A stretch of 64,000 nucleotides of DNA from Mobula hypostoma. Taxonomy: Eukaryota. Made by a program: the position numbers and the translations under genes. Below are positions 25,986-38,874 of this stretch, piece by piece; position 1 is the stretch's first letter, and each line of letters starts with the position of its first letter. The notes under the pieces were generated by a model, which was not told the origin of the DNA, did not search any database, and saw only the letters and a program-made list of their open reading frames with translations. The DNA lies in NCBI RefSeq assembly GCF_963921235.1, contig NC_086097.1, positions 243,662,001 to 243,726,000 of the forward strand, read 5' to 3'.

Positions 25986-27272
25986 GTAGAGTTACAGAGC
26001 CATAGAGAAGTACAGCACAGAAGCAAGCCCCTCGGCCCATCTGGTCCATGCTGAAACCATTAAGATGCATACTATCAATCTGCATCAGCCCTCCATACCC
26101 CTATCATCAATGTACCTATCCAAACGTTGCTTAAATGTTGTAATCGAGCTTCTTTGCACTACTTATGCTGGCAGCTTGTTCCACACTCTCATGACCTTCT
26201 GAGTGAAGTAGTTTCTCCTTGTATTCCCCTTAAACTTTTCAACTGTCACCCTTAACCCATGAGCTCTGGTTGTAGTCTCAGCCAATCTCAGTGGAAAAAG
26301 CCTGCTAGTATTTACCATATATATACCCGTCATAATTTTATATACCTTTATCAAATCTCCTCTCAATCTTTTATGTTCTAAGGAATACAATCCTAACATT
26401 TTCAATCTTTCCTTAGGTGACCAAAACTGACACAATATTCCAAATTAGGCCTCATCAATATCTTATACAATTTTAACATAACTTCCCATCTGCTTTGATT
26501 TATGAAGGTCAATGTGCTTTCTTTACGACCCTATCTACTATCTACCTGTAATACCGCTTTCAGTGAATTACAAACCTGTATTCTCAGATTCCTTTGTTCC
26601 ACCGTGCTCTTCAGTGCCCTACCGTTCATTGTGTAAGACCTACCTTGGTTGGTGTCCTACCGAAGTACAACACCTCAAGACTAATCTGCATTAAATTCCA
26701 TCTGCCATTTTTCCAGCTGATCCAGATCCCTCTGCAAGCCATGATGGCCTTTCTTGCTGTCCACTACCCGCCCCCCGCCCCCCCATTTTAGAGTCATCTG
26801 CAAATTTGCTGATCCAGTTGACCACATTATCATCCAGGTCATTAATTTAGATGACAAACGACATGATCCCTACAGCTCTCGACTAGTCACAGGCCTCCAG
26901 TCAGAGATGCAAACATCTACATCCCCTCTCTGGCTTCTCCCACAAAGGCAGTGTCAAATTCATTCTACCTCCTCATCTTAAATGCTAAGTGACTGAACCT
27001 TCTTCACCAACCTCCAATGCAGGATCTTATCAAATACCTTGCTAAAGTCTCTGTAGATAATGTCCATTGCCTTGATTTCATCCACTTTCCTAGTAACTTC
27101 CTTGAAAAACTCTCTAAGATTGGTTAGTCATGACCTACCATGACTTTCCTTAATCAAGTCCATGTCTATCCAAATACTTAAACATCCAGTCATTTGGAAT
27201 ACCTTCCAATAACTTTCCCACAAATAATGTCAGTTTCACCAGCATTTAATTTCCTGGTTTATGTTTAAAGAC

Positions 27273-29197
27273 CGTCACGTGATTGGCAACAATGAATTAT
27301 GAATTGGGGCAGGTTTCATAAAAACAAACAAACCATTTATTAAACTCTGCTCAACAAATAGCGAAAAGTATTCAAACGACTAACATAACCGGAAGTTAAC
27401 TGCTATACGGCAACTCTGGAACAGTTCTTAAAAGGGTAAATGCGAAAACAGTTCTTAAAGTGGTAAATTCGAACTCAGTCTTAAAATGGTAAATTCGAAA
27501 GTCCAAGTGATTTACACAGTCAATAAGGAGAGATTTCTCTGGAAACAGATTTCTTCAAAGAAGTGACGTTACTGCTGATTCTCCAAAGGATTCATGACGA
27601 AGGAAAGAATATGGCTTAAAGGAACTGACCTTTTCCTGGCGAGTGAACACTGCACAACTTTCCCGCTCTTGCAGGAGTTATCTCAGGTACAGGTCACTAT
27701 ATTATGAATGAATCCTCAATAAGGTCGATCCTTTATAAAGCCACCGAATGACTCCAACTTTATTCCGATCCTTCAGGTTCCCGTTCTTTAATAAGGTCTT
27801 CACTCTCCAGTACTACTGTAAAGGTAAATCAAAGGTACACCAACAAAGCTGGCAGCGATTTGTGAAACTGCCGGCACAATAGTTTTACCTTACAATAGAA
27901 AGTAAAACTCCGTTTTAAAACGAAACTGCGTCATAAAACGAATTTATGCGTTTTATACAAATGAAAGATGTTTACAATAAACCGTTCATTTACTCTCAAC
28001 CCTTGGTCAAGAGTTAAGACTTATTAACAATAAAATTATCAACAATAAAGGCAGGCAAAAGCTCTAATGCTTTTTCCAAATTAACAATTCCACCCACTCC
28101 TGGGGCACCATGTTGATTATCTGTCCACACCACTGATGAGGGTAGGTCTCCCCACCCAACCCCTCCCACTCCCACGGGTGATGAACCTTAAACTGTGGTC
28201 CTTCTCCACCGGGCCTTCGCGGTGGCCGCACCAAGCTTGGTGCATCCCTCAGCACGTACTCCTGCAGGCGAGAGTGAGTCAGTGGGCAGCATTCAGTCAC
28301 CGACATCTCCATGTGCTGGCAGACCACCAAGTTTTGGGCTGACCAAAGAGCGTCCTTCACTGAATTGATGATCTGCCAGCAGCACTGGATGTTTGTCTCC
28401 GTGTGCGTCCCCGGGAACAGCCCGTAGATCACGGAGTCCTCGGTAACGCAGCTGCTGGGCATGAATCTTAGTACTGTCCCTTCCATTCTCCTCTACACCT
28501 TCTTTGCGAACCCACAGTGTGCAAAGAGGTGAGCCACCGACTCCACCCCACTACAGTCCTCCTGTGGGCAGTGGGGTGCGGAGACGACATTCGGGGTGTA
28601 CAGGAGGGATCTGACTGGGAGGGCCCCTCTCACCGCCAGCCAGGTGAGATCTTTGTGCCTGTTGGTGAGATCTGGCGATGAGGCACTTTGCCAGATGAAC
28701 TGGACGGTCTGCTCAGGGAACCACGCCACTGTGTCCATCATGTCCTTCTCCTGCAGTGTCTGCAGGACAGTACGTGCCGACCACTGTCTAATGGCCTTGT
28801 GGTCAAGTGCGTTGGCCTTGAAGAATTTTTCTACGAAGGACAGGTAAGGAGGCAACGACCAGCTGACAGGGGTGTTGCGCGGGAAAGGGGCCAGACCCAT
28901 CCCTTGTAGCCAGGGTGACAGGTAGAACCTGGGCACATAGTAGTACTTTGTGCCCACGTATCTGGGATCCACGCACAGCCTGAAAAAAACGAATACGCAG
29001 CATAACAGAGTAACTAACAAAGCAAACAACAACTCAACTGAAACTAACTGCGTCACCAAGGTTTCCCTTTATATACCTGTTGAGAACAGGTCATCATGTG
29101 ACCTCACACTGGTGGGAAAATTACATCATGTGACCTCCACAAGACCATTGCATCATGCTCATAAGACAGTCACAAGATACTCACGGAATATGTAACA
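27273..29197 (-). mobile_element. Solo LTR nested in CR1
   Basis: Termini (c)GTCACG...TGTAACA; 4-bp near-TSD agac/agat; minus-strand TATA (~29070) and AATAAA (~27338). Confidence 0.7.
27944..28985 (-). mobile_element. 5'-truncated L1/Tx1-clade LINE nested in the LTR
   Basis: ORF2 C-terminus with zinc-knuckle motif CP..DC...ES..HLF.HC.FAKKV; 9-bp TSD aaaacgaat (27935-27943 and 28986-28994). Confidence 0.85.
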
Positions 29198-29274
29198 AGA
29201 TCTTTTTAAACAGTGGAATACATTGGCTATCCTCCAATCCTTTGGTACCTCTCGTCTCTAAGGATGATTTAAAT

Positions 29275-29877
29275 AGGCGGGAGGAGAAGAGGGCAGCGCA
29301 CACAGCTCTCCAGTGAAATGATGTCGTATTTGTAAGTAGGACGCCGTGCACAATTCTGATTTGATGGGGACAGATGTGAGAAGCAGAGGAACATCTGGAG
29401 AAATTTCTGAAATGCCTGGTTCGCTGCCACTGCTACTATGCGATCGAGAATCTCCGCAGGGTAGGCCCCAAAATCCCCGGCTTTGCCTGCTGCTGGCGAC
29501 CAAGGCTGAAGTGGAAGCGTTTGGCAGAGATTAGAGGGCTGATCAGAGCTCGAAGTTTTCGGACGACTCAGAGTCGGACTGTGGTTGGACATGGCAGGGA
29601 GAGTTTTCTTCCTTCTCCCGTCTGCGTGAGATGTGGGACATTCGAGAGACTTTGAACTTTTTTTACTGTGCCTGTGGCCTGTTCTTCATCAAGTTATGGT
29701 ATTGTTGCACTGTTGTAACTATATGTTTTAATTATGTGGTTTTGTTAGTTTTTCAGTCTTGGTCTGTCCTGTGTTTCTGTGATATCACACCGGAGGAATA
29801 TTGTATCATTTCTTAATGCATGCATTACTAAATGACAATAAAAGAGGACTGCGTGTCCTCATAATCTTAAAAAAAAA
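29275..29877 (+). mobile_element. Non-autonomous retroposon inserted in CR1
   Basis: Interrupts contiguous CR1 sequence (gatgatttaaata | cctcagctagg); LINE-like 3' tail with AATAAA and an A-run. Confidence 0.65.
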
Positions 29878-30847
29878 CCTCAGCTAGGCCCCAGCAATTT
29901 CTGCACTTGCCTCCCATAGAGTCTGAAGGAACACCTTGTCAGATCCTGAGGATCTATCCACCTTGATTTGCCTCAGGACAGCAAACACCCCCTCCTCTGT
30001 AATCTGTATAGTATTCATAAAGTTGATGCCTCTTTGCCTCACTTTTATATACATACTCTGCGTCCATCTCCTGAGTAAGTACAGATGCAAAAAAGAATAT
30101 TTAAGATCTCCCCCATCTCTTTTGGCTCTGCACATGGATGACCATTCTGATCTTCCAGAGGACAAATGTTGTCTCCTTGCAATTCTTTTGCTGTTAATAT
30201 ATCTGTAGAATCCCTTGGGATTCTCCTTCACCTTGATTGCTTGAGAAACTTGTGCTTTCTTTTAGCCCGTCTGATTCTCTTGCATTTCTTATACTTAGTT
30301 AGCACCTTACAGTATCTGTTCTTACCTGCCTATACCAGGGCCTCAATATCTCTTGAAAACTAAGGTTCCCTACACTTATTATCTTCATTCTTTCTTCTGA
30401 CAGGCACGTACAAGCTTTGTACTCTTAATATTTCACCTTTGAAGGCCTCCCACTTATCACTAAACCTTTGCCAGAAAATAGTCTGTCCCAATACACGTGA
30501 CAAATTTCTAATACCATCAAAATTGGCCTTTCTCCAATTTAGAATCTCAACCCGCAGATCAAACCTATCCCTCTGCATATATTTACTTTGAAATTAATGG
30601 CATTGTGGTCACTGGATGCAAAGTGTTTCCCTTCACAAACTTCTGTCCCCTGCCTCAGATCCAGTATCGCACGCTCTCTGGTTGGAACTTCTATGTACGG
30701 ATGAAGGAAACTTTCCTGAATACATTTGACAAACTCTATCCCATCTAGTCATTTTACAGTATGGGAGTGTCAGTGAATATGTGGACAGTTAAAATCACCT
30801 ACTATAACAACTTGATGTTTCTTGTAACAGTCTACGAGCTCTCTACA

Positions 30848-30916
30848 GTCTGCGTACACCAGCAACTTTAATGTGTGTTGCTTGAATTTCCAGCATCTGC
30901 AGAATTCCTCTTGTTT
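30848..30916 (+). mobile_element. 69-bp Penelope pLTR terminal fragment
   Basis: 12-bp TSD gagctctctaca (30836-30847 and 30917-30928); nearly identical to 54882-54951. Confidence 0.8.
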
Positions 30917-31533
30917 GAGCTCTCTACAAACTTGTTTCTCTAATTCTCGCAGACTGTTTAGTGGCCTGTAATTTAGCCCCATTAAGATGGTCAAAACTTT
31001 CTTATTTCTCAGTCCCCCCATAATGCCTCACGAGACAAGTTCTTCTGTCTGTCCTGACAGAGCACTGCCGTGACAATTTCCCTGACTAGTAACGCCATCC
31101 CTCCTCCTTTAATCCCTCCTCCTCTGTTGCATCTAAAACATTACACTCTATGTTTTGATGCACACCTAACAAATAAAACTAATCACTTTAAAAGTCAGAA
31201 AATTATGCCTGAACTGCGAAAGGAGACTGTGATAATTTTCCTTGTTTTTGCTTAGAAGAGGGGCTTACACAGCGAACAATATCCCACCTCTTTCTGAGCA
31301 TCAAGCTAAAGTCCTAAACATTGGGAAATACATCAGCCAAAATTTCACAAACCTCTACAATGGGCATTGACATGTGGAACATGATGGTCAATATGAAGCT
31401 CACACAGTGAGTCATGTTGATGAAATTCACACAGCGAGTAATGTTGTGAGGGTGTTGATAAAGAAATCCAGGAGCCAACTCTAAAACACGCTTGAGACCT
31501 ACTGAAAATGTTAATTCAATTGCAGTGCTTCCT

Positions 31534-32256
31534 ATAACATTTGACAAAAAAGACTTGGCTTCCTGATTACTTTTGAGTCTATCTTTTGAATTTTGGGTTG
31601 CTAATTATGGAAATCACCACAAAATTTCCTTATCATGCACCATTGTTTTGAAATCACATATATTTGTTATTCCAATTCAACTCAGAATAACTGATACCAA
31701 GATTAAATAAGACAGTTTTTGTTGGTCCACAAATCAAACACGTCATCAACGAGAGGCAATTCAAAGAATCTCCAATGGAACTGGAGAAAATCGCATGGAA
31801 TTCAAGGACATTGTTGAAAATTTTCTTGGCAACTACAGAGCACCATGCAGCTGGTTGACAACCTGCTCCATGCAAACCTTGGTGCTGTCAGTGACGAGCA
31901 TGGTGAAAGGTTTCACCAGGACATCCTGGTCATGGAGGAACAGTGTCAGGGCAACAGGAATCCATCGGTGTTGGCTGATTATTGTTGGACACCTAAGTGA
32001 GAACCCACTGACACTGAGTACCAATGAAAATCATCAACTAATTATTCTTAGTAGAACAATTGCAAAGCATCAGCACTGTTATACAATTAAACATGTTACA
32101 TTTAATAACAGTTAATTGCTTGGTTCTCCAAAATCCTACATGATACAAGTAGTCTGAAATTATATTTGGGTTCAGCTTCAAGCGGTCTGTCATAAACAAA
32201 GAAAAAGTTCAGAGGAAGCAAGCAACACTTCTGGAAAAAATAGCTCTCTAGTGTTA
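31534..32256 (+). mobile_element. Second, differently deleted copy of the 11362-12302 DNA transposon family
   Basis: FVGPQIK.VIN, FKDIVENFLGNYRAP and NLGAVSDEHGERFHQDI motifs; the same terminal regions. Confidence 0.75.
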
Positions 32257-32637
32257 TCATAAAGCTGCCTATTAACCTCGAATCTAATCAACGGCAAACA
32301 GATATCTAAGAGATTTTAAAAAGACATTTTTTTCCAGTGCAGAAATGACTAATATGAGGGAGCATAATTTTAAAGGGACTTAAGGAAAGTCTAGAGGGTA
32401 CATCAGAGGTAAGTTTTTTTACACAGAGAGTGGTGAGTGTGAGGAACGCCCTGCTTGGGCTGGTGGTAGAGGCAGGTATTTTAGGGGTATTTGAGAAAAT
32501 CTTAGATAGGCACATGGACAGGCAATGTTCTTGAATGGAAAATCCTATAAAAGATAAAGGATACAGCCCAGTCCATCACAGGTCAAGCCTTCCCTACTAC
32601 TGAGCACATTTATATGAAACACTGTGGTAGGAAAGCA

Positions 32638-33585
32638 GAATGGAATAAATGCCTTTGTTGCCAAGTTTGTAGATGATATGAAGATTGGTCGAGGGGAGGT
32701 AGTGTTGAGGAAACAGGTAGGCTGCAGAAGGACTTAGATTAGGAGAATGGGCAAGAATGTGACAAATGAAATACAATGTTGGAAAATGCATGGTCATGCA
32801 CTTTGGTGGTAGAAGTAAATGTGCAGACTATTTTCCAAACAGGAAGAAAATCCAAAAATCTGATATGAAAAGGGACTTGGGAGTCCTTGGCCGAACACCC
32901 TAAAGGTTAAGTTGCAAGTAGAGTCAGTGGTGAGGAAGGCAAATGTAATGTTAGCATTCATTCACAAGTGGTCTAGAATACAAGAGCAAGGATGTGATGC
33001 TGAGGCTTTATAAGTCACTGGTGAGGCCTTACCTTGAGTATTGTGAACAGTTTTGGGCCCCTTATCTAAGAAAAGATGTGCTGGCATTGGAGAGGGTCCA
33101 GAGGAGGTTCACAAGGATGATTCCAGGAATGAAAGGGTTATCATATGAGGAACATTTGATGGCTCTGGGTCTGTACTTGCTGGAATTTAGAACAATGAGG
33201 GGGATCTCATTGAAAACTTCTGAATATTGAAAGGCCTAGACAGAATAGATGTGGAAATGATATTACCCATGGTGGGAGAGTCTCAGACAAGAAGGCACAG
33301 CACCAGGATAGACGGGCATCCATTTAAAACAGAGATACAGAGAAATTTCTTTGGCCAGAGAGTGGTAAATTAGTGGAATTTATTACCACAGGCAGCTGTG
33401 GAGGTCAGGTCATTGGGTGTATTTAAAGTGGAGATTGATAGGTTCTTAATTGGACATGGCATCCAGGGAAAGGCTGGGGAGTGGGGCTGAGGAGGGGAGA
33501 AAAGGATCAGCCATGATGAAATGGTGGAGGGAGCAGATTTGATGGACCAAATGGCCTAATTCTGCTCCTATGTCTTATGGTCTTC
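32638..33585 (+). mobile_element. CR1 LINE 3' portion
   Basis: LRLYKSLVRPYLEYCEQFWAPYLRKDVLALERVQRRFTRM and the 3' tail. Confidence 0.9.
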
Positions 33586-34154
33586 TTGTTCTTGATATTT
33601 ATTGCTTATTTATTTATTTTTATTATTTCTTTCCTTTGGTATTTGTGCAGTTGTCTTCTGCAGACTGGTTGAATACTCAAGCTGGTGAGGTCTTTCATTG
33701 ATTCTGTCATGGCTATTATTCTTTAGATTTACTGAGTGTGCCTGCAAAGAAATGAATCTCAGGGGTGTAAATGGTGACATATATGTACTTTGATCATAAA
33801 TTTGCTTTGAACTTTGAACTTTGGATGATAGAAGAATGGAAGTTTATGTAGGAGGGAAAGTTAGATTGATCTCAGAGTAGGTTGAATGATTGACGCAATG
33901 CCATGAGCCGAATGGCCTGCACTATGGAGTAATGCTCTATGTTCGATGTGGTCAGGAGATGCAGTGCATGTGGGCTGTGTGACGTGCTCAACAGACAAAA
34001 CCACACTTAGGGAAGATACAAAAACATGAAAGCACAAACCATCAGGCTCAAGGTCATCTTCCAACTGCTGTGATAAGGCTATTAATTGTTTCCCTAGTAT
34101 GGCAAGATAAATTCTTGACCTCACAATCTGCGTTGTTCTGATCTTGCACATTAT

Positions 34155-35037
34155 GTAGTGGCCATTACAGAGACTTGGATGGTGCAGGGCCAGGAATGGC
34201 TTCTTCAAGTGCCAGGCTTTCGATATTTTAGAAAGGACAGGGAGGGAGGCAAAAGAGATGGAGTCGTAGAACTGCTGATCAGAGATAGTGTCACAGCTGC
34301 AGAAAAGGAGGAAGTCATGGAGGGATTGTCTACGGAGACTCCATGGTGGAAGTTAGAAACAGGAAGAGGTCAATAACTCTACTGGGTGTTTTTTATAGAC
34401 CACCCAATCGTAACAGGGACTTCGAGGAGCAGATAGGGAGACAGATGCTGGAAAGGAGTAGTAATAACAAGGTTGTTGTGTGGAGATTTTAATTTTCCAA
34501 ATATTGATTGGCATCTCCCTAGAGTGAGGGGTTTAGATGGGGTAGAGTTTGTTATGTGTGTTCAGGAAGGTTTCCTGACAAAATATGTAGATAAGCCAAG
34601 AAGAGGAGAGGCTGTACTTGATCTGGTATTGGGAAATGGACCTGCTTAGGTGTCAGATCTCTCAGTGGGAGAGCATTTTGGAGATAGTGATCACAATTCT
34701 ATCTCCTTTACCATAGCATTGGAGAGGGATAGGAACAGACAAGTTAGGGAAACATTTAATTGGAGTAAGGGGAAATATGAGGCTATCAGGCAGGAACCTG
34801 GAAGCATAAATTGGAAACAGATGTTCTCAGGGAAACGTACGGAAGAAATGTGGCAAATGTTCAGGGGATATTTGCGTGGTGTGCTGCATAGGTATGTTCC
34901 AATGAAACAGGGGAAGGATGGTAGGGTACAGGAACCATGGTGTACAAAGGCTGTTGAAAATCTAGTCAAGAAGAAAAGAAAAGCTTACGAAAGGTTCAAA
35001 AAAACTAGGTAATGATAGGAATCTAGAAGATTATAGG
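34155..35037 (+). mobile_element. CR1 LINE endonuclease and linker fragment
   Basis: AITETW, FRKDREGGKR, GVFYRPP and GEHFGDSDHNSI motifs. Confidence 0.9.
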
Positions 35038-35039
35038 GT

Positions 35040-35826
35040 TCATTTTTTGGAAGTTGGTTTTGGCAATGGCAGTTCTTCTTTTTATTTCTACTTCTAGCAT
35101 CTTATGATATAAAACTACCAAGGTAATTAAAGCTGGTTTTTTGTTGGTTACTGATGTACAATTGGCATTTGGGAGTATCCTGCTGTTTTGATATTACCAT
35201 ACATTTCATTTTGTCACAGTTGATGGTTAGTCCAAAATGAGCACTTGTTTGTACTACTTTGTCTAGGAGGATTTGTAGATCTTCTGCAGCACTTGCTATT
35301 AGGGTGGTATCGTCTGCATATCTTATATTGTTGATGTTAACACCTCCAAATTTTTAACCCATATCGGTCTTTTATTTCTCTGAGAATCATTTAGCTATAG
35401 ATATTAAATAATTCTGGTGAGGCAATGCATCCCTGTCTAACTCCTCTTTGAATTTTAGTCCAACTGCTTATATTATCATCAATTTTTACTGCCACCGTTT
35501 GATTCCAATATAATTTTTGAAGCAGTTGTTGGTCCCTTCCGTCTATGCTTAGTTTAGTGAGAATTTGAAATAATTTTTCATGTTGCACTTTGTCGAATGC
35601 TTTAGTGAAATCAATAAAATATAAAAGACATCATTTTGATATCTAATTGCCCTTTCTGAAAGCATTTGTAGTATGAAAATTGTGTTCCTTGTTCCTGTAT
35701 CCTCAATAAACCCATATTGCAGTTTAGAAGTTTCTGGTTTTAACTTATTTTTAATTCAACTCAGAACAATTCTCAACAAAATCTTTATTATGTGACTCAT
35801 AAGACTGATAGTTCTATAATTTTCGC
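35040..35826 (-). mobile_element. RTE-clade LINE RT domain (degraded)
   Basis: ENYRTISLMSH, FIDFTKAFDKVQH, RGVRQGCIASPELFNIYS and RYADDT motifs. Confidence 0.9.
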
Positions 35827-35829
35827 AAT

Positions 35830-36830
35830 ATAATATTGGGCGATATCCAACCTGCTGCATTTAGTTAAATTAAGGGTAACCCTTTTTATATCAGCATAAT
35901 CCAAGCCTATGCGCCAACAAATGATGCAGATGAAGAAGTTATCAAAAAGTTTTATGAAGATCTCGACAGTGCTTATGAGCAATGTAAATCTCAGGATATA
36001 AAACTAGTCATGGGAGATCTTAACTCCAAGGTTGGACAGGAAAGGGTTGATAACATCATAGGACCTTTTGGATTAAGGGAGAAAAATGAAAATGGAGAAA
36101 GGTTTACTGATTGGTGTGTCAGAAACAACCAAGTGATCACCAATACTTGGTATAAAAACCATCCACGTAGATTGTGTACTTGGATTAGCCCTGGAGATAG
36201 AACAAGGAATCAAATAGATTTCATTACCATCAATGAATGCTTTAGAAATAATATCACAAATTCTAAAGCCTACCCAGGAGCAGACTGTGGTTCAGATCAC
36301 CATCCAGTAATAACTACCATCAAAACAAAATTAAAGAATCTGAAACGTGGCAAAAAGAGAAAGGAGTATATGTTGGGAGAACTTAAAAATGATAGCATAC
36401 TTAAGCAACAATCCAAAACAGCTGTAGAAGAACACCTCAATGAAAACAAAACAACACCTATTTGGGACAGATTTAAATATGCTATACAGCAATCAGCAGA
36501 GGCAATAATCCCAGTACAAGAAATCCAACACACCAACAAGGGGTGGATAACCCAAGAAATTTTAGATCTGATGAAACAAAGAAGTTTAGTGAAGAATAAT
36601 GAAGTGCAATACAGACAGCTAGACAGACAGACCAGACAATTGTGCAATATTGCAAAGGAAGAATGGCTGAGTCAAAATTGCAATGAAGTAGAAGGCCACG
36701 TTAACAACAGCAAAGAAATGTACAAGAAAATTAAGGGAATTACTAGAATTAAGAAAACCTGCTGTACAGGATGCATAAGATCAGCAGATGGATCCATACT
36801 AATAGATCCAGATAAAGTATGTGATCGATC
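35830..36830 (+). mobile_element. RTE-clade LINE endonuclease and linker, inverted relative to the adjacent RT
   Basis: IIQAYAPT immediately upstream of a 274-aa open frame (36010-36834) containing MGDLNSKVG, TW.SPG...NQIDFI and GADCGSDH. Confidence 0.9.
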
Positions 36831-36831
36831 G

Positions 36832-37470
36832 TAATATGACCAGGATTGCACCATCCGTTGTTAACCAGAACAGCAAGCCCCCAACTCCTTTACGCTTACT
36901 GCTCTCAGTGCACTTCCAGTCAGCCCGAACGGTCTGGAATCCGTCCATGGAAAAGTTTTGATTGGGTATGTCCTCGTGCAGACCCGTTCCAGTATAACAC
37001 ATAACACTGCACTCCTGAAATGATCTCTGATGTCTGGCTAGTGCCGTGAACTCATCCACTTTATTACCCACCGAACTCCTCTTCTCCATAAGTCTCTGTT
37101 GTCTCAACCTGGTCCTCTTTCCTCGCCTTTGTGATCCCCCTCTGCATCCTCTGTGTGTGTTCCTCCAGATTTCAGCAGGGGTGTCTGCCGCTCTGCTCGC
37201 TAAACCGGCCGGCATAAGCTCAATCAGCTGGTCCCTGGAGTAAACAATGCGACCATGCTTCTTTCCCGCTAATGAGACGTGTCGGAATGTAACTATTTCC
37301 AGCGGTAAAAACCCAAATAAAACTCTCTCTACCAGCATGTTAGAGAGGGTGCAGCTTCAACGTGTTACCGTGGGAAAAAAATACAAAAAATAACGTAAGT
37401 TAAAAAAGTAAGAATACTCGTTGGAATGGCTGTAACAGGCTGCATGCACGACCGGCGCATACGCACTTCC
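36832..37470 (-). mobile_element. Rex1/Babar LINE 5' region (ORF start and endonuclease N-terminus)
   Basis: YSRDQLI, RGCRGG...RGKR, GNKVDEF, ECSVMC and DGFQTVRAD...K.KG.GG motifs. Confidence 0.8.
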
Positions 37471-38874
37471 TCTCGGTGTCACCTTCTGCACAGACACTCC
37501 TGTGTCTACCATCACTTTATTCACATACAATCAATCTATGTATATAAGCTATCTAATGCATTTATATTTATTGTGTTTTTATTATTGTGTTCTATATCTT
37601 ATTTTGTGTTTGTGCTGTGCTGGACCCTGAGTAACAATTATTTCTTTCTCTTTTACACTTGTGTACTGGAAACGACATTAAACAATCTTGAATCTATTGG
37701 CCATCTGCACTGCACATTATCTGCAACAGTTGTGCTTTATTCTGCATTGTTACTGTTGTACCTTGTTCTCCCTCACTGCACTATGTAATGACTTGATTTG
37801 TTTGACAAGTACGTAAAACAAGCTTTTCACTGTATCTTGGCACATGTGACAATAATAAACCAATTCCAATTCCAATTCCAAATTGGAGAGTTCAGTCTTG
37901 AATCTGGTTGGCTTCAGCATGGGCAAGTGGAAGCTAAGGCTGTTTTGTTAGTGGGCCTCCCTGAGTTACATAGAGCATTACAGCACACTACAGGTTCTTT
38001 GGCCCACAATGACACACTTAAACCTTAACCCACTGTCAATCTGTCCCTTCCATCCTACATAGCCCTACTTTTTTTTTCATCCATGTGTCTGTCTAAGAGT
38101 CCCTCAAATGTCCCTCATGTAACTGCATCTGCCACCATCCCTGGCAGGGTGTGCATGCACTCACTACTCTCCGTGTAAAGCAAAACCCTGTCTAACATCC
38201 CCCCCGAGACTTTCCATAGCGAAGCAAGTAAGAGTTTCTGTTTCTGGTCTCAAGTTCTTCATCAAGACTGTTTTGTTAAATATATGATCAATCATACTGC
38301 TTGCTATGAAGCTTGCTTGCTTGCTTGTTTATTTATTTATTGATTTATTTACACACCCTTCTTTTCTATCTAACAATCTATCCATCTATCTGTCTTCCTA
38401 TCCATCTTTCTATTTATTCAGATACAGTGTAGAATAGGCCCTTCCAGTCCTTCCAGCCGCGCTGCCCAGCAACCCCCCAACTTAACCCAAGCCTAATGCA
38501 ATTTACAAAGACCAGTTACCCTACCGACCGGTACATCTTTGAACTGTGGGTGGAAACCAGGGAACCGGGTGGAAATCTACGCCGACATGGGGAGAATGGA
38601 CAAACTCCTTACAGGCAGTAGTAGGAAATGAACCCGGGTCACTGCTACTATAAAGAAATATGCTAACCGCTAGGTTACCAAGTCACTGCTACTGTGAAGT
38701 GTTGTACTAACCACTAGGCCTCTCAGCCACCTCAGCACACCACCGTGCTGCCTATTACTCTCAAATGCAGTTGGTTTGGCTATTAATCTCAGTTGGGAGT
38801 TTGTCAAAGGATGCCGAACATGTGTTGCCCACAGGATTCTGCAGGTGCTGGAAATCCAAAGTAACACATGAGGT

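Larger units (their letters stand above)
25990..31140 (-). mobile_element. Long degraded CR1 LINE (endonuclease to tail) hosting three insertions
   Basis: IVGDFN, LNWRKANFDGIR, KENPKGFYRYINSKR, RT and LGLYSLEHKRLRGDL motifs occur in the correct order across the insertions. Confidence 0.9.

Noticed and set aside
31257..31407. AG/GT-bounded segment with a good polypyrimidine tract
   Set aside because: All three frames contain stops, so a coding role is unsupported and a non-coding exon cannot be shown from sequence alone.
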